A stretch of 41,545 nucleotides of DNA from an uncultured bacterium (GTDB lineage Bacteria; CSSED10-310; CAZUFC01), in assembly GCA_964619725.1 (NCBI GenBank), contig CAZUFC010000072.1, positions 1 through 41,545 of the forward strand, in the 5' to 3' direction. Under the pieces are notes generated by a model, which saw only the letters and a program-made list of their open reading frames with translations, had not been told where the DNA came from and made no database searches. This document shows, piece by piece, positions 18,500 to 28,219 of the stretch (position 1 is the stretch's first letter; the number at the start of each line of letters is the position of its first letter). The translations under genes and the position numbers were made by a program.

Positions 18500-19564
18500 T
18501 TAAGACGAAACGCGCATCAGAATTCCAATTCCAAGAACCAGAAGCAGGCACATCGTCAGCGAGGCGGCCGGTATTGGAAGCTCTTCCTGACCGGCAGGAT
18601 AATGAAAACCCATGTCGACCTGATCCGTATCCGGGATTTTGTCCGTACGAGCGGTTAACTCGTTCAGACAAATGGGTTCCGTTTTTTCCTTGATGCATAT
18701 ATTTTCAGATAAGTCGTCTCCCGCATTGATGCACGGACTGTCGAAAAATTGGCCGGCTGCTGAATGGCTCAGGTAATGCCCTCCGTCCGGACCCGACGTG
18801 AACAGCGGAGGTGCATCTATATTGCCAGAACCCTCAAATCCTCTCTGAATATCTGAATAAGTGATTTGAATATCCGAATCGACGTACTCTATCTCACTAG
18901 GCCAATCAGCCCATAGGATCGAATTTCTTATAATCGGAGAACTATATTCCCAGTATGTCGCCCCTCCTTTTACCGCCGAAGTGTTGTGCGACAGAGTACA
19001 ATTCGTTATGGCGGCATTGGAATAATGCCCGTAAATTCCACCTCCGTCGCTTTCAGTCGTTACGTTGTCGATTATCAAACAATTAGTGATGCTCGGAGAA
19101 CTTGACAGAAGACAAATGCCTCCTCCCGCCCTGGCAGCGTTAAACTTAATAATGCAATTTTCGATTGTTGGTGAAGAATTGATGCAGCGGACCCCGCCGC
19201 CGCACGATGGAAATCACGTGCAGGCTCTGCCGTTGATTATAGTAAAGCCGGACAAAATGGACCCCGCGTCTTCACCGAATTCGAATATGAAACCTGAACC
19301 CTGCTCCATACAATCAATCACGCAATTGAGAGGACCATTAAGCGATACGACGTTTACAGCCTTTCCCTGGAAAGAAACGTCAAAATTTCCTGGTCCCGAA
19401 TAAGTCCCGTCTGCAACCAGAATAATATCTCCACCAACCGCATTCTCTATTCCGTCCTGGATCGTTGGGTAATCCAACGGAACATGAATTACTTCCGCAC
19501 GAGCTGATAATCCGCCGATCATCAACAAAAGCAGAGCAGTAAGTGACCGGTTATAATTAAGCAC
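18500..19564 (-). CDS. Secreted right-handed beta-helix (pectin-lyase-like) protein with C-terminal IPTL-CTERM-like anchor and one in-frame TGA at codon 117 (recoded or pseudogene)
   Basis: GTG at 19564 with AGGAG upstream. Signal peptide ...GLSARA/EVIHVPLDYPTIQ. ILVADGTYSG, repeated GGG(I/V)x...SSPTIxNCxIxxN units, DSPCINAG, DMGFHY, IPAASLTMCLLLVLGIGILMR. Track ORFs 19214..19627 and 18500..19078 share a frame and join through TGA 19216-19214 (NGRACT*FPSCGGGVRCINSSPTIENC). Confidence 0.8.
19182..19216 (-). promoter_or_regulatory. Candidate bacterial SECIS element downstream of the in-frame UGA
   Basis: UGA UUUCCAUC GUGCGGCGG CGGGGU CCGCUGCAU forms a 9-bp stem with a G-rich loop starting 18 nt after UGA. 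An alternative register gives a 7-bp stem with a GGU loop at +21. Confidence 0.4.
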
Positions 19565-19812
19565 TCCCTTTCTCCTTTTTAAGAATTTAAACAAATGTAG
19601 AAATAAATTCATAACTCTTGCCGTCAATGCTTCGCTAATAAACCGAAAAGACCTGTTAATAACTTCTGACTTGCATCAAACCTGTCCTCTCCATACATCA
19701 ACTCCGCTGTTTCTTTGATACTGATTTAATCATTCAGATTCAATTTTTTAAAATTTTCAGAGCTGTCTACAGATTTGAGCTTGAAAAAATTGCATCCCTG
19801 GACTTTGCTTTT

Positions 19813-19841
19813 TTGATCATCGCGGAAAAAAGTTATAGAAT
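19813..19841 (+). promoter_or_regulatory. Putative sigma70 promoter for the radical SAM gene
   Basis: TTGATC (19813-19818), 17 bp, TAGAAT (19836-19841). Confidence 0.5.
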
Positions 19842-19877
19842 TTGCGAAGGAGGTCCGCGTTAGCCGCGTACAATATT

Positions 19878-21539
19878 ATGAGCAGGAGGCGCAGTAAATC
19901 GTTTTTTGTTGAAGAGGGGGCATCAAAATCCTGGGGACTGCCGGTTAAGGCGGCTTTGATTTACCCGAACCATCGTTACGTGGGTTTATCTAATTTGGGA
20001 TTCCAGTGCGTTTATGAACTTTTTAATTCACGGACAGATACGGTGTGTGAGAGTTTTTTTCTTCCTGAGGGTAAAACCAGCAATGCCTTGTCGAGGACCG
20101 AGAAACCTTTGAGATCGCAGGAATCCGGACATTTACTAAGTGAATTCGATTTGGCTGCTTTCACGATTTCATTTGAAAACGATCTTCCCAATGTGCTCAA
20201 GATACTGGAATTGTGCCGCATTCCTCTATTCAAGGAAGAACGAAATGAATTTCATCCGATTGTCTTAGCGGGAGGAATGGTTCCCACAGCTAATCCTGAA
20301 CCTTTAACGGACTTCATTGATCTTTTTGCGCTCGGCGAGGCGGAAAATCTTGTCGACCCCATCGCTGATGCGGTATATGACTTGAAAGATGCAGGAGAAG
20401 ACAGACGCACGCTCATTGAAAGGCTGAGCGAAATCCCCGGTATATACAATCCAGACTTCTTTGACATTCAATATGATGTTTCGGGAAAAATCAGCGCAAT
20501 CGAACGACTGACAGACAAAAATCCTCCGGGATATTCATTTGTTGAAGAAATTGATCGTTTCGTCCCTAAAACGGTAATTCATGATTCTGGAACTGAATTT
20601 TCAAACATGCGACTCGTAGAAGTCGGACGCGGTTGTCCGAGAGGATGTCGCTTCTGTATGGTCAGCAAAGTCTACGGGAAAGCCAGATTTCGTTCAAAAG
20701 AAGTTTTGCTGAATACAGTAAAATCTGTTTATCCACAGAATTCAGTTATAGGACTGGTTGCTGCTTCACTGGGGGATTATCCCGATCTGTCCGCCTTATG
20801 CCGGGGGCTTCTCTCCTCCGGTTATTTTTTCTCTCTTTCATCTTTAAGAATCGACAGATTGACTGAAAATTTCGTGAAAATGATCCTGGAAAGCGGACAG
20901 AAAACGGTGACATTAGCTCCGGAAACTGGAAGCGAGAAACTACGTTATCAGATCGGAAAAAATTTGCCTGATGAGAAGCTGATGGAAGCTGTCAAATTAT
21001 TCGGAAAATATAAAATTCCTCGCATAAAGCTGTACTTTTTAATCGGTTTGCCGGACGAAACGAATGAGGACGTCAAATCGATCATTCTGCTGGTAAAGCG
21101 TATTATTCATGTTTTGAAAACGGAGTCACGAAACCAGGCTGTTCCGACGCGTTTGCATCTAAGCGTGAATTCATTTGTTCCAAAACCCTGGACGGCCTTT
21201 GAGCGCGAACCGGTAAAAGAACCGGGCGAACTCAAGAAAAAACTTAATTATCTGAAAAGAGAAGCGGCTTCGATAAGAAATGTAAAGTTAACTCATGACC
21301 TTCCGAAATGGTCAGTTATTCAAGCGCTGTTGTCATTAGGCGACCGCAGGGTCGGCAGATTGCTTTATGAAGTGCATCAATTAAAGGGCAACTGGGCTCA
21401 ATGTTTGAAGCAAATCAACATAAGCCTTCCTTTTTACGCACACAGGCGCAAAGATGCAGATGAGATACTTCCCTGGAATCATTTGCGTATTCAAGATCAT
21501 ACAATCCCCCTTTCTGACGGGATATCCCCAAAGCTATAA
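19878..21539 (+). CDS. Radical SAM protein, TIGR03960-like family with B12-binding-like N-terminal region
   Basis: YPNHRYVGLSNLG, FTISFE, ANPEPL, EVGRGCPRGCRFC (CxxxCxxC), SSLRID, TLAPETGSEKLR, KLYFLIGLP, FVPKPWTAF, LPW. Start placed at ATG 19878 because TTG 19842 abuts the -10 box. Confidence 0.88.
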   Translation: MSRRRSKSFFVEEGASKSWGLPVKAALIYPNHRYVGLSNLGFQCVYELFNSRTDTVCESFFLPEGKTSNALSRTEKPLRSQESGHLLSEFDLAAFTISFENDLPNVLKILELCRIPLFKEERNEFHPIVLAGGMVPTANPEPLTDFIDLFALGEAENLVDPIADAVYDLKDAGEDRRTLIERLSEIPGIYNPDFFDIQYDVSGKISAIERLTDKNPPGYSFVEEIDRFVPKTVIHDSGTEFSNMRLVEVGRGCPRGCRFCMVSKVYGKARFRSKEVLLNTVKSVYPQNSVIGLVAASLGDYPDLSALCRGLLSSGYFFSLSSLRIDRLTENFVKMILESGQKTVTLAPETGSEKLRYQIGKNLPDEKLMEAVKLFGKYKIPRIKLYFLIGLPDETNEDVKSIILLVKRIIHVLKTESRNQAVPTRLHLSVNSFVPKPWTAFEREPVKEPGELKKKLNYLKREAASIRNVKLTHDLPKWSVIQALLSLGDRRVGRLLYEVHQLKGNWAQCLKQINISLPFYAHRRKDADEILPWNHLRIQDHTIPLSDGISPKL

Positions 21540-22027
21540 AAATCAAAGCGGCATGAATGCGAATCAATGCCCATCAGCTATTTACTTTTTGTCCATTGCG
21601 GAGCAGAAACCGCAGTGACTTTCAAGCGCTTAAATTTGAATCTGGACCAGCGTTTATGGACAGGCGCCGTTTAATAAACTCGTACACAATTTGATCGAAA
21701 CTGCGAAATACGCCGGGATTAAATGTAAAACTTTTAACGAGAGTGGACTGTTTAAAGTGGAAAATGCACTTTTTTTATGTATAAATCCCCTTTAATTGTA
21801 TTTCTGCAATGACTCTTTCTAGCAACTTTGTAGGGCGCAATCATAAAGATCAGGCCCATCGACAGACTTGGATGGAGAATGGTACAAGAATTGCTCCGTC
21901 TTTAACGGTTGTTTTCGTTAAACCGGAAAAAATTTTTTTTTGGCAAGCGGAAGTGATATATAACAAACAGAAAGGGCCCAACGCCTTTCAGAGGAAAAAA
22001 CTGTATAAACAAACAGGATAAAGGAAT

Positions 22028-25000
22028 ATGATGAAAAAATCATCGAAGTCATCGAGGACATTTTTCACGTCGCTTCAATTATTTACCGTCATTTTAATGA
22101 TGCCTCGTCCGGAAGTTTTCTGCAGTGAAAACCAGCGGACAAATCATATTATTGATTGCAGGCAAGCTTCACCCTGGATTGATTTACAGGGAGCGCATCA
22201 TATCGGCGCTCCATCGAAAATCGAATCAGGAGATATCGGGACTTCAAGCGCTGCATATTTCGGTTACTATTTCGACTGGGAACATGCGGGAGATTGTTAT
22301 GAAGTGAAACCGGCCGTTTCATTAATTACGGTATACGGCAAACCGTCGAATGAGGCGCCGGGTCCCTCTCCGGTGTGGAGCGAAGAATTTTATGAAATAA
22401 ATATCGACAACGGGAGTATTCCTCTGATCAGGTTAGAAGAGTTGTGGTGGTTTGCGCGTGGGATGTATATGGGCCTCGATCCCGAAGAAAAAGTCTACAT
22501 AGCCGTGGGGGATCAGCTTGAGAATATGGCCGCTCCTTTACTCACAGAAGATTCATATGAATGGACGAGCAGCGATCCGGGCGTCGTATACGTTGATGAT
22601 GCGGGTATGGCGACGGGTATCGCTCCGGGTGTATGCCGTCTGACGGCCATTGATTCTTCAAGCGGCGATTCCGGCGAATCCGTTGAGATTGAGGTAAAAA
22701 ACGTAGCGGCTTTAGTCAAGAAGGAAGTATTGAAGGGCATGACTTACACCTTTTTAGCGGTCGGGCAAAACGAACCGTTAGTTTGGCAATCAGACGATCC
22801 GGGCAGAGGCTCGATTGACGAAGAGAGCGGTATTTTCACCGCTCATGCCGCTGGAAGCGTAACGATACGCGTGACAGATTCCCAAGGTTATATGGATCAG
22901 CATACCATAAAAATCCTTGATTTTCTGATCAGTCCTCGAACGCCTGCGAGATGGGATGATTTAGCCGTCGGGGAGGAGGTTCAGTTAACGTTAGAAGGCG
23001 AGTATGAGGGTGAAACGGAGTGGAAATATGATGATACGATATTAACGTTTGATGAAGAAAGTTTAAGTTATACAGCGGCAGCGCCGGGGACGACCTATCT
23101 CTATTTATCTGCGTCCGATATTCGAATAAGCAACATCCTGACGATTCGCGTAAGAGAAGTAGCGATATCGAATCCCTGGAACCTTCATACGATTCCTGGC
23201 GAAGAACTCCGTTTTAACGCCCGGCGTCCCGGCGCGAATGAATTCGAGTGGATTTCCACGAATCCTGCGGTCGGCACGGTATCCGATGAGGGCATATTTA
23301 CTTCATTAAGTCCCGGCGTATGCCGGATTAAAGCTAAAACCGGCGACTGGGAATCTTTTTCCGATCCTATAACGGTTCATGAAGTATTAATCATGAGCGA
23401 GCATTGGACATTTTTCGATCTGTGGGTTCAGGAATGGGCGAAATATTTTCCCGAAGCCTGGTTTCAATATGGAAATGAGATAGGGGGTCAGGGCGACCCG
23501 TTGTTAACGAGTTATTCCAGTTTGTATGACGGATTCACGGAAGCCAATCGTCATGTTTATGAGAACATCAAGTCGATATCTCCCGACATTCCATTGATAG
23601 CCCAAAGTAATGCGGACCCCGATGCCTTCCTGGAATTACTGGACCGCGGGATAAGTCAATGGATAGACGCATATTCGACGAACGGTTTTTTTTGTTCCGT
23701 CGATTTGCGCCAGATGGGCTTATTTCCTGAACAGGCACAGCAGGGAACAGACCCGGATGCCTGGTTTGAATTTTTGATGAATTCTCCCGGAGTCGATCCA
23801 GACAAGGATTGGATATTGACCGACGTTACGATAGAAGGAAATTATCAGTCTGTTCGCACTCCATTAAGCATGCCGACAGCGCTGGGTTATCTCAAGGATT
23901 TCATCAGCAGCAACGGCAAAAAATTTAATGCTTTGATCTGGTACAGCATGGATTATTTGATTCATCCTCGCGTGGAACAGGATAGAGACTGGGAAGGTTA
24001 TCATCATTATAAAACCATGCTGCAGCGAATTCATGAGCCGGATTCAAGGGCTCAATATCCGATTGATATTTCAACATATTTCGACGGCGACGGTATATCA
24101 TACGAATCAAACTATACTGATGGGGACTTTGACGGCTCAGGAAAAACATATTCAGCAGAACTCATGCCTGAAAGCGGGTCAGTCGCTTATACCACTCTGG
24201 ACGGAGTTCCCTGGTTGATGCCCGACAAAAACGATTCTGCGCTTAATTACTTATCCTGTTCCGGACAGGTGATCGAGTTTCCGACAGGACGTTATGGCGA
24301 GGTACATCTGATCGGAGCGGGGACCGGCGGAAGCATCCCGGCTCCAGACATACCCCGGGGAGAAATCGGACTTTCCGAGGAAGGCGAATTTATTTTCAGA
24401 TATCAGGACGGATTAAAACAAACAGAAATGATATCCATGTCGAACTGGTATTCCGGGGGTGTGCATGGAGAATGGCCGGCTTTGACCATGAGGCATTTCC
24501 ATACGGCTTCCGGTCCCGCTTATGAGTATGATTTCCAAAATAATCTCCTCTACGACAATCCTGCTTTCATCTGGGACTATACGATATTCACCGACGGCTC
24601 CAGGGTTTTGGAATCCATTACGCTTCCTTTAAATTCAAATATGAAAATATTGGGGTTGACGCTGACCTCGGCTCCTGAACCGGGCCTTTCTGTCGAAGTC
24701 ATTTCAAACTACCCGGAATATTCGTCAGGGGATGAATTCTGCATCGAATTGTTCATCGATAATCAGGGACCGAAAACCAACGTCGCAAAATACATCGCCC
24801 TCGAAGTGCACGGACAATTCTGGTTCTGGCCGGACTGGAATCAAACCGGAGATGAACCCGGTTCGATCGAACAAATTCCCTCTAACAGCCGGCTTCAATC
24901 CACTGTTATTTCTTTTGAATGGCCGGAAGATTCAGGGTCAGAACAAGGGTTGTTTTTCTGGGCCGGATTATTCCATCCGCAGGAAATCAGCCTGATAGAT

Positions 25001-25030
25001 TATGACGTTTGTTCTTTCGATTATCATTGA
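22028..25030 (+). CDS. Large secreted protein: Ig-like (Big_2) repeats, GH-A-clan-like barrel segments, beta-sandwich and C-terminal domain
   Basis: AAGGA RBS. N-terminal basic/hydrophobic leader. Repeats WTSSDPGVVYVDDAG, WQSDDPGRGSIDEESG, WISTNPAVGTVSDEG. FQYGNEIG motif. DFDGSGKTY...GQVIEFPTGRY sandwich. FWFWPDW...FFWAGL terminal domain. Confidence 0.7.
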   Translation: MMKKSSKSSRTFFTSLQLFTVILMMPRPEVFCSENQRTNHIIDCRQASPWIDLQGAHHIGAPSKIESGDIGTSSAAYFGYYFDWEHAGDCYEVKPAVSLITVYGKPSNEAPGPSPVWSEEFYEINIDNGSIPLIRLEELWWFARGMYMGLDPEEKVYIAVGDQLENMAAPLLTEDSYEWTSSDPGVVYVDDAGMATGIAPGVCRLTAIDSSSGDSGESVEIEVKNVAALVKKEVLKGMTYTFLAVGQNEPLVWQSDDPGRGSIDEESGIFTAHAAGSVTIRVTDSQGYMDQHTIKILDFLISPRTPARWDDLAVGEEVQLTLEGEYEGETEWKYDDTILTFDEESLSYTAAAPGTTYLYLSASDIRISNILTIRVREVAISNPWNLHTIPGEELRFNARRPGANEFEWISTNPAVGTVSDEGIFTSLSPGVCRIKAKTGDWESFSDPITVHEVLIMSEHWTFFDLWVQEWAKYFPEAWFQYGNEIGGQGDPLLTSYSSLYDGFTEANRHVYENIKSISPDIPLIAQSNADPDAFLELLDRGISQWIDAYSTNGFFCSVDLRQMGLFPEQAQQGTDPDAWFEFLMNSPGVDPDKDWILTDVTIEGNYQSVRTPLSMPTALGYLKDFISSNGKKFNALIWYSMDYLIHPRVEQDRDWEGYHHYKTMLQRIHEPDSRAQYPIDISTYFDGDGISYESNYTDGDFDGSGKTYSAELMPESGSVAYTTLDGVPWLMPDKNDSALNYLSCSGQVIEFPTGRYGEVHLIGAGTGGSIPAPDIPRGEIGLSEEGEFIFRYQDGLKQTEMISMSNWYSGGVHGEWPALTMRHFHTASGPAYEYDFQNNLLYDNPAFIWDYTIFTDGSRVLESITLPLNSNMKILGLTLTSAPEPGLSVEVISNYPEYSSGDEFCIELFIDNQGPKTNVAKYIALEVHGQFWFWPDWNQTGDEPGSIEQIPSNSRLQSTVISFEWPEDSGSEQGLFFWAGLFHPQEISLIDYDVCSFDYH

Positions 25031-25324
25031 TGCTGATAAAATTCCAAAGCCTGCTCGGGTCTTAACGAACCCCTGACCCGCATCCTGTTTTTTTCAGCTT
25101 ACAATTCTGCTGACCGGCGTTAATAATCCCTGCAGAACAAACCTGTTTTTACCCTCTTATGCCTTGGCGGACCAGCCCTCAATCCTCACTAAAAAGCAGA
25201 GCGCTATGAGCATGAGCATAAGCATCGAAGGAAATAATTAAACAGCAGGCCGCCGGCATCATTTTATCCTGTCCCGATTTCTCATACACATTCGAGACGG
25301 GTTTGCACTGAAAATAGCGGACTG

Positions 25325-25357
25325 AAAAAAAAACGTCCCGCCATGCAAGACGGGACG
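25325..25357 (-). terminator. Intrinsic terminator of the Gld-like ABC operon
   Basis: Minus strand CGTCCCG-TCTTGCATGG-CGGGACG followed by T9. Confidence 0.8.
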
Positions 25358-25436
25358 GAATTTCTTTCAGATTACTCTATTAACGCGGCAACTTGTGATT
25401 GCGACGCAAGGCGCGCATTAAACTTCGGTTAATGCT

Positions 25437-26576
25437 TTATTCCCCGGCATCCTCTTCGGTACTTTTCATTTCATCCTCAACAGCCGGTTTTTCAGTCGGT
25501 TCAGGTATGGGCGTGGGCTCAGCCTTGAATTCTTCCAGCGGTTTGTCGAACATCTCGTAACGGTATTCCGGCAATTTGTAAACCCACTCCTCACCTTCCC
25601 GTTTTGCATAGTAATTACGTTCGTCAAGTTTGTTTCCGAAAAGAATTACTTTCGTCGTATTGTCATCCAATTCCACAGCTACTCTCATCGTCGGCTCCTC
25701 AAATCCATAATCAGGTTCAAGCTTCCCTTCTTCCACTTTCTCCTCTCCAGCGTCCCTCTCTTCTTCAGCTTCCATGCCTTCTCCGGATTCTTCGGCTGTT
25801 TCAGCTCCTTCCTCTTCATCGCCCTCTTCCTGATCCGGATCGACGAAATCAGTAGCCATAAAGTTACGGAAAGAATTGACGATCCTGTTAACCGGCTTCT
25901 CGTCTGCAGGATATTCTATGGGCGAAGTAATTTCCCATTTTTCCTCGTCATCAGCGACTCTGGCAATACGAATTATCTCTTCGGAATCCTTCTTGTCGAT
26001 TGAAAATGCCCTGATATTTTCTTTCTCAGCACGAATTAACGCTCTATCCTTCCACATTTTCAGAGTCTTATCGAAATGGGACTTGAGATACTCAGCCACC
26101 TGGAGAACGCGGTCTTCATCGGCCAGCCTCACGTAGGTGCTGAAAAAATCCGGTCCGTTTTTTCCGACAAAGAAGTGAGCAACGGGCATTTCGCCGTCAG
26201 TGAACACTTTCACTTCAGCGCCCTGAGAATCGACTTCAAACAGCACATGATTTTCCGGATTCTCCGAAACGACTTCATCGACTTTCATGCTTTCCAGATG
26301 GTTCATCAGGTTATCAATTGCTTTTTCATCCACAGGGAAATATTTTTCTTCGTCTTGGACTTTCCATTGATTGTTTATTTTTTTCAATTCGACTTCCGAA
26401 CCCCTGGAATTAATGTTAATCCTGGTTATTTCATCTATGTTGAGGTCGGAAAAGAGGATCAATTCTTCTTCCGGGATTTTTTCTGAGGAAGAATCGAAAG
26501 GCTTTTCAACAATAACGACGACGGCAAGCAAAATGACCAACACAACAAAGGCAATGATTGTCTTTTTTGTATTCAT
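25437..26576 (-). CDS. DUF4340 domain membrane-anchored periplasmic protein
   Basis: N-terminal TM helix. Two repeats with W.(V/I)...(YF/Y)P(V/A)DEK, YVR/YYAK and YGF motifs. Typical fourth gene of GldAFG-type operons. Confidence 0.8.
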   Translation of the reverse strand: MNTKKTIIAFVVLVILLAVVVIVEKPFDSSSEKIPEEELILFSDLNIDEITRININSRGSEVELKKINNQWKVQDEEKYFPVDEKAIDNLMNHLESMKVDEVVSENPENHVLFEVDSQGAEVKVFTDGEMPVAHFFVGKNGPDFFSTYVRLADEDRVLQVAEYLKSHFDKTLKMWKDRALIRAEKENIRAFSIDKKDSEEIIRIARVADDEEKWEITSPIEYPADEKPVNRIVNSFRNFMATDFVDPDQEEGDEEEGAETAEESGEGMEAEEERDAGEEKVEEGKLEPDYGFEEPTMRVAVELDDNTTKVILFGNKLDERNYYAKREGEEWVYKLPEYRYEMFDKPLEEFKAEPTPIPEPTEKPAVEDEMKSTEEDAGE

Positions 26577-26578
26577 GA

Positions 26579-28213
26579 CTACATCCTCTGGGTATAGATT
26601 ATTCTTTCTCTTTTTTTCATGTAGGATCGAACCAAACCGATGATTATTAAAATAAGAGAAACGCCGAAGGTATTCGCGTATTTAACCAGTGCCTTGCTGG
26701 AATCTGAGATTTCCTTCAGAGGTCTTTCCGTAATTTCTCTCGAACGAATGCCGATCAATTGTTCTCCGAAAGTCATATAATCGACCAGATTGAGGAAAAA
26801 CGTCAGGTTATCTCTGAAGGCTGCGGAACGAGCAGCCATTTGATGGAACTGGTTAGAGATGAATCTGGCATTCGGTATAACCGCTACGTAAGTTTCCGGA
26901 CTTTCTTCTTTGGTTTCCTGATCTTCTTGGGGGGGCATAGGCGGTCTGTCTTCATCTTCAGGCATCTCCGGTTCCGGGATATCCTTCCCCTGGTAGAAAC
27001 TTTCGAAGTTTCCTTTAACGACTGCTGCAAGTGCATAACTGCCCAGCGTTTCCCCATCGGGTTGGAATCTTTGTTGCGGATTGAGATCATAAGGAGCGCT
27101 CTGAAGCCAGGACCTGTCGCTGGAGAAAGCCAGCATGGTCGGCTCATTGTCCGCCAGGTTCTCATCGATTGTTTCGACATATCCCGTCCAGGGAAACACG
27201 AGCGATTCCAATTGACTGACCACTGGATGCTCCCTGGTAAAATTGGTCTTAAGGACTCTCGGCCATAACGGATAAGGCATGGAAAAAGTCATGAATCCGC
27301 TGGAAAAAGAAGCATTTGTGTTAATCTGGTCAGCCACCAGTTCATCTCCTACGCGGATTCCATAATGAGCGATCAAGTCCGCCAGTTCGGAATCGGCAGG
27401 CTCTGCCGTAAGACCCGTCGTTCCCATCTCGATGGGATCGTGAAGGAAAACCAGGGAACCGCCGTTCATCAGAAACTGATCCAACTCGTATTTGTCTCTT
27501 TCCGTCACATCATCAGGATCGACGACGATTATCGTATCGAAGGTATCCGGTATCGGCCTTCCCGGCATGATCTGAACAGGCTGAACCTGGTATTGAGCGC
27601 CGAACTCCTGGAGGATGCTGCGATATTCCTGCATGGCCTCTTCGTCGTTCCCGAAATAAAAACCGATCGTTTCAGGTTCGCTCTTGGTGACTTTAAGCAA
27701 AGCCGACGTTAAAAGATACTCCAGATCATATATTCCCTTAACGACCGGAATAACCTCACTTCTGTCTTTATATTGCAGCGCAATACCCAGATATGAGGCG
27801 CTGACGGCCCTTTTGTCCTTTTCTATAACGTCAAGTTGAACCTGAGGAATCCCCATGCGCCGTACCTTCTCCTCTAATTTTTCATCAGACGCAGGGTCAA
27901 CCCACTCAATCCTTAAATTTCCGCCGGCATAAGCCTGGTATTCATCCAACATATCCTGAACCTGGTTGACGAGATTCACAAGATAACTCGGCAAATTCTT
28001 CGAGAAATAGACTTTCACATTGACCAGATCATTCATTTCATTGAGTATCTTTTTCGTGGACGGAGATATGGTGTAAAGTTTATTCTCTGTGAGGTCGGCC
28101 CGAACGAAATGGTTGGATGCCAGGTAATTGACCAGAAGGAGTATAACAAGAATGACTCCTGTAAACGCCGTAATATTGGAACTGTATTTAACTCTTCTTG
28201 CAGTGCTTTTCAT
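26579..28213 (-). CDS. GldG-like ABC transporter auxiliary/substrate-binding component
   Basis: N- and C-terminal TM helices. DLTENKLYTISPSTK, LEYLLTSAL, LDQFLMNGG, FFLNLVDY, IRSR..TERPL. Confidence 0.88.
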   Translation of the reverse strand: MKSTARRVKYSSNITAFTGVILVILLLVNYLASNHFVRADLTENKLYTISPSTKKILNEMNDLVNVKVYFSKNLPSYLVNLVNQVQDMLDEYQAYAGGNLRIEWVDPASDEKLEEKVRRMGIPQVQLDVIEKDKRAVSASYLGIALQYKDRSEVIPVVKGIYDLEYLLTSALLKVTKSEPETIGFYFGNDEEAMQEYRSILQEFGAQYQVQPVQIMPGRPIPDTFDTIIVVDPDDVTERDKYELDQFLMNGGSLVFLHDPIEMGTTGLTAEPADSELADLIAHYGIRVGDELVADQINTNASFSSGFMTFSMPYPLWPRVLKTNFTREHPVVSQLESLVFPWTGYVETIDENLADNEPTMLAFSSDRSWLQSAPYDLNPQQRFQPDGETLGSYALAAVVKGNFESFYQGKDIPEPEMPEDEDRPPMPPQEDQETKEESPETYVAVIPNARFISNQFHQMAARSAAFRDNLTFFLNLVDYMTFGEQLIGIRSREITERPLKEISDSSKALVKYANTFGVSLILIIIGLVRSYMKKRERIIYTQRM

Positions 28214-28219
28214 GTTCTA

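Noticed and set aside
19065-19403. Frameshift or separate plus-strand gene explaining the split beta-helix ORF
   Set aside because: Both fragments are in the same frame, separated only by one TGA. The plus-strand ORF is an antisense shadow.
21540-22027. Riboswitch or ncRNA in the 490-bp intergenic region, and ORF 21809..22021
   Set aside because: Only short hairpins (e.g. CATTGCGG/CCGCAGTG), no family consensus I can recognise, and the ORF has no support. An Rfam scan would settle it.
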